From NCBI GenBank assembly GCA_023228875.1, contig JALOAG010000005.1, positions 79,196-143,195 on the forward strand: DNA of 64,000 nt. Direction: 5' to 3'. Every line of letters starts with the position of its first letter. Within the stretch, counting starts at the first letter, position 1. The position numbers and the translations under genes were made by a program. Under the pieces are notes generated by a model. The model did no database searches, was not told the DNA's origin, and saw nothing but the letters and a program-made list of their open reading frames with translations. The stretch comes from Bacteroidia bacterium (GTDB lineage: Bacteria; Bacteroidota; Bacteroidia; NS11-12g; UBA955). Below, one piece after another: positions 38,356 to 48,911 of this stretch.

Positions 38356-39657
38356 ATGAAAAGAATTATAATATTAACAACTGCATTGGTTTTTGGATTG
38401 TCCATCAATGCGCAAAACTGGATTGAAGATTCAGTTACCTTGGAGAATAAGTCTGTTAAGCAGATTTATTATTCTTTTAAAACTCAAAACCAACATGTAG
38501 CAGATGCAGTAGGCTGGGATTTGGCATTTTCTGTTCAGAATACTATTATTCCAAACCAAACTTTACAAGCTACCACAATTAGAGTAAATAATGGAAAGAG
38601 TGTAAAGGTATATTTAGCACCGGATTCGATTGATGTGTCAAATTTTTCAGCTCTGGATACAACAGGATATAAAAGCACTTGGACAGAACTGCTTGATTCT
38701 GATTCTACTTGGGATATAGGTGCATTCAATACCGGTTTAGATTTAACAATACCTCCAAGTATGGGTGGTCCTAAATATGGTTGGGGAAATTATGATGAAG
38801 ATTCTCACGATGTTAAATCATTAGGACGTGTTTATTTAATCGTAAGAGGCAATGTTTTCAGAAAACTTTATTTCGGAGACCTTGTAGGTGATAATACTTA
38901 TCATTTTACGTATGCTGATTTAGACAACAATAACCAACACACTGATTCAATTAAAAAGAGTGCTTATCCTGACAGATACTTTGTTTATTATGACTTAACA
39001 AATAAAACAGTAAAGGACTTGGAGCCATCAAAGGCTGACTGGGATGTAGTATTTACTAATTATTGGACATTAGTGCACAGCCCAATGGGACCGTCTCAAA
39101 TGATGTCTTATCCCGGTACTCTTTCCAAAAAGGGAGTAAAAGTTGCAAGAATCGAAAATGAATTGCTGGATTCTGCTTGGGGAGCTACTCGTAATTTTAC
39201 AGAACAGATAAATACAATTGGCGGAGACTGGAAAACGCATGTATTTGATAGTCTAGGTAGCAGGTATGTTTATAAGGACTCATTATCATTCGTGATTGAC
39301 AATGGTGGTGATAGCTTATACTTGTTACATTTCACTAGATATGGAGGAAGTGCAAATACAAGAATGGTATTTGAATTCCAAAAAACAGCAAAACCAGTGG
39401 GACCTATTGATGGAGTGGCGATTGTATCAAAATCAAACTTGCTTGTTTATCCGAACCCTGTAAGTTCCGAACTTTTCCTCGATGTAGAAGGTATAGCACA
39501 AATTCAAATTCTTGACTTACAAGGAAAAACAATCATTAACAAAGAATTGAATCATACTAATAAAATAGATGTTTCAAACCTCCCTAATGGATTATACATC
39601 ATTAAGGTGATTATGAATAATGATGTTTATACTTCTAAAATTCTTAAAGCAAATTGA
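38356..39657 (+). CDS. HmuY-like protein with C-terminal T9SS sorting domain
   Basis: Signal peptide. N-terminal 'VGWDLAFSV' HmuY-like motif. C-terminus 'LLVYPNPVSSELFLD...YIIKVIMNNDVYTSKILKAN' is a T9SS CTD. Confidence 0.55.
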   Translation: MKRIIILTTALVFGLSINAQNWIEDSVTLENKSVKQIYYSFKTQNQHVADAVGWDLAFSVQNTIIPNQTLQATTIRVNNGKSVKVYLAPDSIDVSNFSALDTTGYKSTWTELLDSDSTWDIGAFNTGLDLTIPPSMGGPKYGWGNYDEDSHDVKSLGRVYLIVRGNVFRKLYFGDLVGDNTYHFTYADLDNNNQHTDSIKKSAYPDRYFVYYDLTNKTVKDLEPSKADWDVVFTNYWTLVHSPMGPSQMMSYPGTLSKKGVKVARIENELLDSAWGATRNFTEQINTIGGDWKTHVFDSLGSRYVYKDSLSFVIDNGGDSLYLLHFTRYGGSANTRMVFEFQKTAKPVGPIDGVAIVSKSNLLVYPNPVSSELFLDVEGIAQIQILDLQGKTIINKELNHTNKIDVSNLPNGLYIIKVIMNNDVYTSKILKAN

Positions 39658-41720
39658 TAGCTGATTGGTTAATATTTAATAAAAGAAACGCAAAACGAGC
39701 CGTGCAAAAATTGTGCGGCTCTCTTGCTGTTATATTACTGCTGAGTAATCCGCTATATGCAAATATAGATAGAGGTTTTACTCAGGGAGATTCGCTTACT
39801 CCCATGCAAGATACGATCTTAAATCCGGTTGTGATTACCGGGCAAGGAAAAGGCGTAAGAGCAGATAAAAGTATTATTAAATTTAGAGTCTTGACAAGTG
39901 AAACCATCAAACAAATGGGGGTAGTCAACTTAGGTGATTTACTTTCAAGACAATCAAACATCAGAATTTCCAATGATAATATGCTTGGAAGTTCGGTTTC
40001 GTTACAGAATTTGTCGGGGCAACAAATTAAATTTATGGTCAATGGAATGCCCATTACAGGAAGGGAGAACGGAAACATAAACCTTGATCAAATTAATTTA
40101 GAAGATGTTGAAAGGATTGAAATTGTTGAAGGTCCAATGTCAGTCATTTATGGTACAGATGCACTTGGCGGTGTCATCAATGTAATTACCAAGAAACCGG
40201 TCTTGAAAAAGACCTCTGCTTCTGTTTTTAGTTACAATGAAAGTATAGGAAATTTTAATGCAGGATTTTCAATTGCACAACCCTTGGGCAAAAAAGCAGT
40301 GATTTTTGGAAGTGTTGCCCGAAACTTTTTTACCGGTTTGAACAGCGCAAAAAATGACAGAACATACATTTGGAAACCTCGTGAACAATGGTTTGGGAAT
40401 ATTGGATATTTCAGAGAATCTAAAAAAGCTACTTGGAACTTCCGTTCAGATTATCTGTATGAAACATTGCAAAACAAAGGTAAAGTAATCTTAACCCCTG
40501 TTGTTGCTTATGCATTTGATGATTATTTTATTACAACAAGAGGAGTACACAGTTTGAACACTATTTTTAATATCAATTCCAAAGTAAGGGTGGATATGAT
40601 TAATGGAGTTTCGCATTACAAAAGAGAAAAAAGAGTGTATAGGAAAGATATGGTTTCTCTTGAACAAAATCTTATTGAAAACAATGATGAAAATACTGAC
40701 AACCTCTTTGTGAATGCAATGGCAAGAGCCGTATTCAGTAATATCAAAAAAAGTCGTTTGAATTATCTTGCGGGCTATGATATCAATTATGATATGGCGA
40801 TTGCAGACAGAATTGATGGCAGTAGATTAACCATGTATGATATTGCAGTTTTTGGAATGTTGGATTATAATCTTTCACGTTACTTTAGAATAAGGCCGGG
40901 ACTCAGAGTGGCATATAATTCTGTTTTTACTTCTCCTTTAACGCCTTCGCTAAATATGATGTGGGAGCCTAATAGGAAATGGCAAATCAGAGGTTCTTAC
41001 GGTAATGGTTTTCGCGCTCCATCTCTAAAAGAACAGCATTTACTTTTTGTTGATATCAACCATAATATTAAAGGAAATCCTAAGTTGACACCGGAATTTT
41101 CTCATAATGTTCAATTAGGTGCTTCATTTAAAAATTCACATACAAACGTTGCCTATTCTTTTGGAATTAACTCTTATTATAATGAAGTGCAAGACATGAT
41201 AGGGCTCGTGCTCATTGATAAAGGACAAGAATTGTATTCTTATGAGAACTATGGCAAGTTTCAAGGAGGAGGATTCATGTTAGAACAAAAGACATTTTAT
41301 AAGAAACTATTTGTAGAGTTTTCTTTAGGAGGAATGTTTATTCGCAATCAGTTTAGCAGTCAAACCGGTAAAGATTTTTATATAACACCTGATATAACTT
41401 TCGCAGCTTCATATGAATTTAAAAAACCGGGAATTAAAACCGGTATGTTTGTTAAACATAATGGCAAGTTTGTAAACTATATTCAAAATGAGCAAGGCGC
41501 AGTAAGTGAGTTCTTCTCTGATGCGATGACTTTTGTTGATTTCACTCTGAGCAAGGGCTTTTTGAAGGATAAATTACAAGTTAATACCGGAGTGAAAAAT
41601 ATTCTTAATGTAAGGAATATCTCGAATATCAATCCTTTCAATAGCTTTCATGGGAGTGGAAGCACGATGATGCTTTCTCCCGGACGTTCTGTTTACTTAA
41701 AGATTTCATACACACTGTAA
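39654..41720 (+). CDS. TonB-dependent outer-membrane receptor
   Basis: Plug domain with 'IEIVEGPMSVIYGTDALGGVINVITK', then a long beta-barrel region. 4-nt overlap with the upstream gene. Confidence 0.8.
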   Translation: MIADWLIFNKRNAKRAVQKLCGSLAVILLLSNPLYANIDRGFTQGDSLTPMQDTILNPVVITGQGKGVRADKSIIKFRVLTSETIKQMGVVNLGDLLSRQSNIRISNDNMLGSSVSLQNLSGQQIKFMVNGMPITGRENGNINLDQINLEDVERIEIVEGPMSVIYGTDALGGVINVITKKPVLKKTSASVFSYNESIGNFNAGFSIAQPLGKKAVIFGSVARNFFTGLNSAKNDRTYIWKPREQWFGNIGYFRESKKATWNFRSDYLYETLQNKGKVILTPVVAYAFDDYFITTRGVHSLNTIFNINSKVRVDMINGVSHYKREKRVYRKDMVSLEQNLIENNDENTDNLFVNAMARAVFSNIKKSRLNYLAGYDINYDMAIADRIDGSRLTMYDIAVFGMLDYNLSRYFRIRPGLRVAYNSVFTSPLTPSLNMMWEPNRKWQIRGSYGNGFRAPSLKEQHLLFVDINHNIKGNPKLTPEFSHNVQLGASFKNSHTNVAYSFGINSYYNEVQDMIGLVLIDKGQELYSYENYGKFQGGGFMLEQKTFYKKLFVEFSLGGMFIRNQFSSQTGKDFYITPDITFAASYEFKKPGIKTGMFVKHNGKFVNYIQNEQGAVSEFFSDAMTFVDFTLSKGFLKDKLQVNTGVKNILNVRNISNINPFNSFHGSGSTMMLSPGRSVYLKISYTL

Positions 41721-42737
41721 ATGAAAGATAAGATTATATTCATAGCTCTTAGCACGCTTTTGTTGCTTACTTCATGTTTCAAGGAGGATAGACCTTTGGT
41801 GCTGCCTGCCTCAAAGGCAAAGGTGATGTCCGTTTTTATGGGCTCAGAGTTCCAGAACCAAATATTTTTTAAGATGGAAGATCAGTCATATCAAACTAGT
41901 AACCTTAATGACTGGGATTTGGCTTTTGACAATGTCAGCAATCAGTTCAAAATAGTAACCAATTATGGACGCAATATTTTTGTTGCCAGAACACAGGCAT
42001 TGGATGTAAGTCAGTTAGAAAGTATTAAACCTGCACAGATTCCAATAAAACAATGGTTATACGACTTTCCTAATGGAAGTATAGACAGTAATGCTTTTGG
42101 AGATTGGAAGAACCTATACGGAAATAAGATGCCGTTTCATATTATTGATATGGGACGCACGTTGCCTTCACCTCAACGATACTATGTTGTGAGGGTTTTA
42201 GAAGCGGATGATGTTCAATACAAAGTTGAATTTGGAAAGTTCTCAATGCTTGATTCATTACAAGTGGTTGAAATTAAACGAAATAAGAATAGAAATTTCA
42301 CATATCTAAATATTCGTAATGGTCAGATTCATACTGATTTTGAACCCTTAAAAGAAGATTGGGATTTTGTATTTACTCGTTATCGCTTCATTTTCTATAT
42401 AGACCCGAATCCGACTGAACCTTTACCGTATCTTGTTTCAGGTTGTTTGTTAAATCCGCATAATGTCTCTGTAAGTTTAGACACTGTTTCTGGCTTTGAA
42501 AATATTAATTTGAAATTATGTAACCAAAAGCATTTCACAAAATCGCAAGATGTAATAGGCTATGCATGGAAATCCTTTGATTATTCTGTCTCATTCTCAT
42601 ACACTATCAATCCAAATATGGTTTATATTGTTAAAAACAACAAAGGCGATTTTTACAAAATACGTTTCTTGGATTTTTACAACGAAAACAAGCAAACGGG
42701 CTATCCTAAATTTCAAATACAACAGGTTGTAAATTAA
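41721..42737 (+). CDS. HmuY-like lipoprotein
   Basis: Lipobox (LLLTSC) and an 'NDWDLAFDNVSNQ' HmuY-like motif. It begins 1 nt after the receptor stop. Confidence 0.55.
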   Translation: MKDKIIFIALSTLLLLTSCFKEDRPLVLPASKAKVMSVFMGSEFQNQIFFKMEDQSYQTSNLNDWDLAFDNVSNQFKIVTNYGRNIFVARTQALDVSQLESIKPAQIPIKQWLYDFPNGSIDSNAFGDWKNLYGNKMPFHIIDMGRTLPSPQRYYVVRVLEADDVQYKVEFGKFSMLDSLQVVEIKRNKNRNFTYLNIRNGQIHTDFEPLKEDWDFVFTRYRFIFYIDPNPTEPLPYLVSGCLLNPHNVSVSLDTVSGFENINLKLCNQKHFTKSQDVIGYAWKSFDYSVSFSYTINPNMVYIVKNNKGDFYKIRFLDFYNENKQTGYPKFQIQQVVN

Positions 42738-42938
42738 TTGCTTGAACGATTTAACCGTAGGTGTGCGTAACTTTGTGTTATTTTTACTTCCACACACATA
42801 CCCAATGCTAAATTGTCCAAATTGTCAATTGCTTGGACACAACACAATGTCTGGGAGATAGAATACAGTGATTGCTTTTGGTAATGTCACATAAAAACTT
42901 CAATTTTGAGCCCCTCAATTATAAAATAACAAATAACG

Positions 42939-44300
42939 ATGAGTTGGAATAATTATATTGAAACAAACAAACAACGTTTCATGGATGAGCTTTTTGATTG
43001 GCTTAGAATCCCCTCTGTAAGTGCAGATAGTAAATATAAAAATGATGTTAAAAGAGCTGCGGAGTATTTGGCAGAAAAGTTCAAAGCTGCGGGTGCAGAG
43101 AATGTGTCAATCGAACCCACTGCAGGAAATCCCATTGTATATGCAGATAAAATATTTGATGCATCTTTACCTACAATTTTAGTTTATGGTCACTATGATG
43201 TACAACCTTCAGACCCTGATAATTTATGGACTACTCCTGCATTTGAACCTGCAATAAGAGACGGTAAAATCTTTGCCAGAGGCTCTTGTGACGATAAAGG
43301 ACAAGTTTATATGCACGTAAAAGCATTTGAAACCATGATGCAAACCAACACTTTGCCTTGTAATGTGAAATTTATGATAGAAGGAGAGGAAGAAGTGGGT
43401 TCAGCTAACTTGGGAATTTATTGTCAAGAGAATAAAGATAAACTCAAAGCAGACATTGTGTTGATTTCTGATACTGCAATGATTTCTTTGGATACACCGA
43501 GTCTTGATACAGGACTAAGAGGGTTAAGCTACGTTCAAGTTGAAGTTACGGGTCCCGACCACGACCTGCACTCAGGTGTATATGGTGGCGCAGTTGCCAA
43601 TCCTATCAATGTGTTATGTACAATGATAGCTTCATTACATGATGAAAAGCGACACATAACAATACCTGGATTTTATGATAAAGTATTGCAATTAACGAAT
43701 GAGGAGAGGGTAGCTTTAAATAAAGCTCCTTTTAATATTGAAGATTATAAAAAGGAACTTGGCATAGACGAAGTTATGGGAGAAGACTCATACACTACGT
43801 TAGAAAGAACAGGTGTAAGACCAACGTTGGATGTGAATGGTATTTGGGGTGGTTACATAGGAGAAGGCAGTAAAACAGTTCTGCCGTCTAAAGCATTTGC
43901 TAAAATCTCAATGAGATTGGTGCCAAATCAGCGCTCCGGAGAAATTACCGAGCTATTTACAAAACATTTTTTAAGTATAGCTCCAAAATCAGTCAAAGTA
44001 AAAGTTGAAGCACATCACGGAGGGGAACCAGTTGTTACACCTACTGATTCTCATGCATATAAAGCAGCAGCAAGAGCGATAAAAGAAACATTTGGTAAAG
44101 AGCCGATTCCAACACGCGGAGGAGGCAGTATTCCCATTGTAGCATTGTTTGAAAACGTATTAGGATTAAAATCAATCTTGATGGGCTTTGGATTAGACTC
44201 AGATGATATTCACTCACCTGATGAACATTATGGTGTAGAGAATTTTTACAAAGGAATTCAGACAATTCCCTATTTCTATAAATACTTCTCGGAGAAGTAA
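42939..44300 (+). CDS. M20-family dipeptidase
   Basis: M20 metal-binding segments (YGHYDVQP ... GSCDDKG ... EGEEEVGS) and a C-terminal dimerisation region. Confidence 0.75.
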   Translation: MSWNNYIETNKQRFMDELFDWLRIPSVSADSKYKNDVKRAAEYLAEKFKAAGAENVSIEPTAGNPIVYADKIFDASLPTILVYGHYDVQPSDPDNLWTTPAFEPAIRDGKIFARGSCDDKGQVYMHVKAFETMMQTNTLPCNVKFMIEGEEEVGSANLGIYCQENKDKLKADIVLISDTAMISLDTPSLDTGLRGLSYVQVEVTGPDHDLHSGVYGGAVANPINVLCTMIASLHDEKRHITIPGFYDKVLQLTNEERVALNKAPFNIEDYKKELGIDEVMGEDSYTTLERTGVRPTLDVNGIWGGYIGEGSKTVLPSKAFAKISMRLVPNQRSGEITELFTKHFLSIAPKSVKVKVEAHHGGEPVVTPTDSHAYKAAARAIKETFGKEPIPTRGGGSIPIVALFENVLGLKSILMGFGLDSDDIHSPDEHYGVENFYKGIQTIPYFYKYFSEK

Positions 44301-44345
44301 ATAAATAGTACATTTGCCGACCCCAAAATCAAACTTAAATATTTC

Positions 44346-45404
44346 ATGAATACAGCAGACATTCAAAGTTTATTAGGAGCCGAGGCGGAAGCCCTTTTAA
44401 CACACAAATCACAAACAATTTCAAAAGAGTCTCTTACATTAGCTGGAGCTGATTTTGTAGATCGTAATTTTGTATATAGTAATAGAAACCCACAAGTACT
44501 TAGAAGCCTGCAAGCATTGTATGGCACCGGTCGCTTATCCGGTACAGGGTATGTTTCTATACTCCCTGTCGATCAAGGAATAGAACATTCAGCAGGAGCA
44601 TCATTTGCACCCAATCCTTTGTTTTTTGACCCGGAGAATATTGTAAAACTTGCCATTGAAGGAGGCTGTAATGCAGTGGCTTCTACTTTTGGCGTTTTGG
44701 CTTCTTGTTCAAGAAAATATGCGCACAAGATTCCTTTTATTGTTAAAATTAATCATAATGAACTGATGACATATCCAAACAAGTTTGACCAAATTTTGTT
44801 CGGGTCTGTTGAGGAGGCATGGAATCTGGGAGCGGTAGCAGTGGGTGCAACAATCTATTTTGGTTCAGATGAATCTGCCAGACAAATAGTGGAAATTGCA
44901 GAAGCATTTGAACGCGCGCATGAATTGGGAATGGCTACGATACTTTGGTGTTATTTAAGAAATAATAATTTCAAAAAAGATGGCATTGATTATCATACTG
45001 CCGCAGATTTAACTGGTCAAGCAAATCATTTAGGTGTTACCATTCAAGCGGACATTATTAAACAAAAATTGCCTACCAATAATGGTGGTTTTAATGAGCT
45101 TAAATTTGGCAAAACACATGAAAAAGTATATTCCCAACTGACTTCCGATAACCCAATTGATTTATGTAGATATCAAGTTGCTAATTGCTATATGGGTAAA
45201 ATTGGTTTAATTAATTCAGGAGGGGAAAGCAAAGGAGAATCAGATTTGGCAGATGCTGTTAGAACCGCTGTGATTAACAAGAGAGCAGGTGGACACGGGC
45301 TGATTTCAGGTAGAAAAGCATTTCAAAAACCAATGAATGAAGGTGTGAAACTATTGAATGCAATTCAAGATGTATATCTTAACAAGGATGTTACCATTGC
45401 ATAA
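44346..45404 (+). CDS. fbaB: Class I fructose-bisphosphate aldolase (DhnA/FbaB type)
   Basis: '[20 protein letters not shown]' and the Schiff-base-region 'FIVKINHNE' are typical of FbaB-type aldolase. Confidence 0.8.
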   Translation: MNTADIQSLLGAEAEALLTHKSQTISKESLTLAGADFVDRNFVYSNRNPQVLRSLQALYGTGRLSGTGYVSILPVDQGIEHSAGASFAPNPLFFDPENIVKLAIEGGCNAVASTFGVLASCSRKYAHKIPFIVKINHNELMTYPNKFDQILFGSVEEAWNLGAVAVGATIYFGSDESARQIVEIAEAFERAHELGMATILWCYLRNNNFKKDGIDYHTAADLTGQANHLGVTIQADIIKQKLPTNNGGFNELKFGKTHEKVYSQLTSDNPIDLCRYQVANCYMGKIGLINSGGESKGESDLADAVRTAVINKRAGGHGLISGRKAFQKPMNEGVKLLNAIQDVYLNKDVTIA

Positions 45405-45453
45405 TGATGCTTAAATTGCAATGTATGTAATGCTTTACTAAACTAATAGAATT

Positions 45454-46335
45454 ATGAGTTGGTTTAAAAGAGTAAAAGAAGGAATCACCACTAAGTCAAA
45501 GGAAAAAAAATATATTCCTGATGGGTTGTGGAATAAATGTCCAAGATGTAAAACAATTACCCAGTCAAAAGAGTTGGTGGAAAATCGCTATGTTTGTCCA
45601 TCTTGTCATTATCATCATAAGATTAGTTCTGAAGAATATTTTAATATCCTGTTTGATGAGCAGAAATATAAAGAATTGTATGCAGGCATAGTATCAGGCG
45701 ATCCGTTGAATTTTTTTGATACAAAGCCTTACACAAATCGTATAAAGGAAACACAAGAAAAGACTGGATTGAAAGATGCTCTCAGGGTTGCAGTAGGTAA
45801 AATCAACGGTGCTAAAGTAGTCATCTCTTGCATGGATTTTAATTTCATTGGGGGTTCAATGGGTTCTGTTGTTGGAGAGAAGATAGCACGCTCAATTGAC
45901 TATGCCAGAGAAAATAAAATACCTTTAATTATTATCTCAAAGTCAGGAGGAGCACGAATGATGGAAGCTGCCTTTTCATTGATGCAAATGGCAAAAACAT
46001 CTGCCAAACTAGCCCTGCTCAATCAAGAAGGAGTGCCGTATCTTTCTATTTTAACTGACCCTACAACAGGCGGTGTTACTGCTTCTTTTGCCATGCTTGG
46101 GGATTTTAATATAGCAGAACCCGAAGCATTGATTGGTTTTGCAGGACCTCGTGTTATTAGGGAAACAATTGGCAGAGATTTACCAAAAGGATTTCAAAGT
46201 TCTGAGTTTTTGCAGGAACATGGATTTGTAGATTTTATTGTTCCAAGAACTGAAATGAAAGACAAGATAGGCAACTTGTTGAAGATGATATATTGTAAAA
46301 AAACCGCTGCCAAAAAAGTGGATAAAACTGAATAA
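45454..46335 (+). CDS. accD: Acetyl-CoA carboxylase carboxyltransferase beta subunit
   Basis: N-terminal C4 zinc ribbon (CPRC...CPSC) followed by the carboxyltransferase domain (GGSMG...GGARMMEA). Confidence 0.9.
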   Translation: MSWFKRVKEGITTKSKEKKYIPDGLWNKCPRCKTITQSKELVENRYVCPSCHYHHKISSEEYFNILFDEQKYKELYAGIVSGDPLNFFDTKPYTNRIKETQEKTGLKDALRVAVGKINGAKVVISCMDFNFIGGSMGSVVGEKIARSIDYARENKIPLIIISKSGGARMMEAAFSLMQMAKTSAKLALLNQEGVPYLSILTDPTTGGVTASFAMLGDFNIAEPEALIGFAGPRVIRETIGRDLPKGFQSSEFLQEHGFVDFIVPRTEMKDKIGNLLKMIYCKKTAAKKVDKTE

Positions 46336-46394
46336 AAGAAAATATTAAAAGCCTTATTTCGCAATCAAATTAACAAATTAATAAAAGTATAAAC

Positions 46395-46775
46395 ATGAAT
46401 TTCCCTTCAGAATTAAAGTACACAAAAGACCACGAATGGGTGAAAGTAGATGGTGATGTGGCAACCATTGGTGTAACCGACTTTGCTCAAAGCGAGTTAG
46501 GAGATATCGTTTTTGTTGATATTCCTACGCAAGGGCAGACATTAGACAAAGAATCAGTATTTGGTACAATTGAAGCTGTTAAAACAGTTTCGGATTTATT
46601 TATGCCTGTTTCAGGTGAAGTAATTCAAATTAATCCAAACATTGATTCAGCACCTGAAAGCATTAACTCTGATCCTTATGGTGAAGGTTGGATTGTAAAA
46701 GTTAAAATGACCAATCCATCAGAATTAAATGACTTGTTGGATGTAGCTGCCTATAAATCACATACTGGGAATTAA
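46395..46775 (+). CDS. gcvH: Glycine cleavage system H protein
   Basis: 126 aa with the lipoyl-lysine motif '[10 protein letters not shown]' and the typical 'EWVK...A.IG.TD.AQ..LG' N-terminus. Confidence 0.9.
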   Translation: MNFPSELKYTKDHEWVKVDGDVATIGVTDFAQSELGDIVFVDIPTQGQTLDKESVFGTIEAVKTVSDLFMPVSGEVIQINPNIDSAPESINSDPYGEGWIVKVKMTNPSELNDLLDVAAYKSHTGN

Positions 46776-46799
46776 AATACGCCCGTGTATTAGACCAAA

Positions 46800-47195
46800 A
46801 TGTCTTTTGTAAAAAGAACAATCCCTTTCTTTAAATACCAGTCCCCTGCATTGCTCTGGGGACTTTTTATTTGTTTAATTTTGTTGTTGCCAATTGGTGA
46901 TACAGGTACAACACTCCTTTTTGGTTTTTTTCCTGTAGATAAATTGGTGCATGTAGTTCTTTTTTCTTTTTTTGCTTTATTTTCAAGAGTAGGGTGGGCG
47001 AAGTGGTATCGAAATGATTTCTTTGTCAAAAAAGCCAATACTTGGACAGTAATAGAAGGTGTCGGATTGGCGTTTTTGACTGAATCATTACAAGAATTAA
47101 CATTTTACAGAACGTTCTCTTTCCTTGATATAGTAGCAGACATTGCGGGGATTTCATTAGGATTGTTGTTGTTTATTTTGATTTATAAACTCTGA
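46800..47195 (+). CDS. VanZ-family membrane protein
   Basis: 131 aa with four TM helices, matching the VanZ-like topology. Confidence 0.5.
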   Translation: MSFVKRTIPFFKYQSPALLWGLFICLILLLPIGDTGTTLLFGFFPVDKLVHVVLFSFFALFSRVGWAKWYRNDFFVKKANTWTVIEGVGLAFLTESLQELTFYRTFSFLDIVADIAGISLGLLLFILIYKL

Positions 47196-47291
47196 CATTT
47201 ACCTTTTGGCTACATTGTGTATTAAAAAAGTGAGTCAACGATTTGACAACAAATAAAAATATAAATTTGCAAACCTTAAAAATTAACAACT

Positions 47292-48008
47292 ATGGAATTA
47301 AAGAAAAGCATTAAGGCGGATGTATCAAAGAGAGCCACTTCGTTTTTCCTTTTTGGACTGTTAGTTATCCAACTGATTACATTAGGAGCTTTTTCATACA
47401 CTTGGTATGATAAAGTTGATACCACACCTAAGATTACCAAACCGGTTAATGACGGTGAAGTAATTGAGCAAACTGAAATTACCCAACAAGCTTATTATGT
47501 GCCTCCGCCACCCCCTCCAACTTCTATTGAGGTTGTAGAAGATGATAAGGCAGACGATGATGTAGAAATACAGGATACAGAATTTAAAGATGAAACAGTG
47601 GTTGAAGCTCCATACCAGTTTCACGGAATGACTCCCGGAGGGACACCGGGTGCACCACCTCCTGCTGAAGTAAAGGAATCACCTATTTTCGAGGTGGTAG
47701 AAATTATGCCTGAATATCCGGGAGGACAAAAAGCAATGATAGCATTTATTGAAAAGAATTTTCGCTATCCTGAAGAGGCAAGACGTTTTGATGTTGAAGG
47801 TCGTGTTTTGATTTCATTTCTTGTTGATGAACAAGGCAATATTACAGAAGTAAGACCATTGTTGCCTGCTAACCGACAATTAGGATATGGATTAGAAGAC
47901 GAATGTGTACGTATTGTTAGAATGATGCCAAAATGGAAACCCGGTTTTCAGCGCAACAAAGCAGTGAGAGTTAGATATACATTGCCGATTAATTGTACAC
48001 TTAATTAA
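47292..48008 (+). CDS. tonB: Energy transducer TonB
   Basis: N-terminal TM anchor, a Pro-rich spacer (PPPPPPTS ... GAPPPAE) and a C-terminal TonB domain (…MPEYPGG…RYPEEARRFDVEGRVLISFLVDEQGNI…). Confidence 0.7.
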   Translation: MELKKSIKADVSKRATSFFLFGLLVIQLITLGAFSYTWYDKVDTTPKITKPVNDGEVIEQTEITQQAYYVPPPPPPTSIEVVEDDKADDDVEIQDTEFKDETVVEAPYQFHGMTPGGTPGAPPPAEVKESPIFEVVEIMPEYPGGQKAMIAFIEKNFRYPEEARRFDVEGRVLISFLVDEQGNITEVRPLLPANRQLGYGLEDECVRIVRMMPKWKPGFQRNKAVRVRYTLPINCTLN

Positions 48009-48031
48009 TCATTCTTTTATAATAATATTGA

Positions 48032-48056
48032 AGCCTCTGTCAAGAGGCTTTTTTAT
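48032..48056 (+). terminator. Rho-independent terminator
   Basis: AGCCTCT/AGAGGCT stem with loop GTCA, followed by TTTTTTATTTAT. It sits directly after the tonB stop. Confidence 0.7.
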
Positions 48057-48061
48057 TTATT

Positions 48062-48859
48062 ATGAATACCGAACAAGATTCACATTACCAGAATTTAGAA
48101 CAATTATCAACGTTTGAGTTAGTTACAGGGATTAACAATGAAGACGCTGGTATAGCAGATGCTGTAGCCAAAGAATTTCCTTCAATTATTCAATTGATAG
48201 ATGCAGTTGCAACTAAATTAGCATCAGGCGGGAGACTTTTTTATATAGGAGCCGGAACGAGCGGACGATTGGGGATATTGGATGCAAGTGAATGTCCGCC
48301 AACTTATGGTGTAGATTATAACAAAGTGATAGGTTTAATTGCCGGAGGCGATTCCGCAATTCGCAAGGCAGTGGAATTTGCTGAAGATAATACGGAACAA
48401 GCATGGAAGGATTTACAGCAATTTGATATTGGTTCAAATGATTTTCTCATTGGCATTTCTGCAAGCGGAAGAACACCTTATGTTGCAGGCGGATTAGAAG
48501 ATGCAAGAAAGAATCAAATTCAAACAGGGTGTGTTGTTTGTAATAAAAATTCAGTGATTGCAGCTCATTCGGATTTTCCTGTTGAATTAGAAACAGGTCC
48601 GGAGTTCGTTACCGGCAGTACCAGAATGAAAGCCGGCACAGCTCAAAAGATGGTGTTAAACATAATTACTACTGTCAGCATGATAAAATTAGGCCGAGTC
48701 AAAGGGAATAAGATGGTGGATATGCAAATTGCAAATAACAAACTTGTTGAACGTGGCATTCGTATGATCATGGAAGAGACAACATTAAACAGAGAACAAG
48801 CTCGTGCAGCCTTAAAAGAATTGGGGAGTGTGAGGGCTGTAATTGAGCAATACAAATAG
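48062..48859 (+). CDS. murQ: N-acetylmuramic acid 6-phosphate etherase
   Basis: SIS domain with 'GRLFYIGAGTSGRLGILDASECPPTYG'. 265 aa. Confidence 0.85.
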   Translation: MNTEQDSHYQNLEQLSTFELVTGINNEDAGIADAVAKEFPSIIQLIDAVATKLASGGRLFYIGAGTSGRLGILDASECPPTYGVDYNKVIGLIAGGDSAIRKAVEFAEDNTEQAWKDLQQFDIGSNDFLIGISASGRTPYVAGGLEDARKNQIQTGCVVCNKNSVIAAHSDFPVELETGPEFVTGSTRMKAGTAQKMVLNIITTVSMIKLGRVKGNKMVDMQIANNKLVERGIRMIMEETTLNREQARAALKELGSVRAVIEQYK

Positions 48860-48911
48860 TTGAAGGTGTGCTCAAAAGAGTTTAAATTTACACCCTTTAA
48901 AATTTTGAGAT

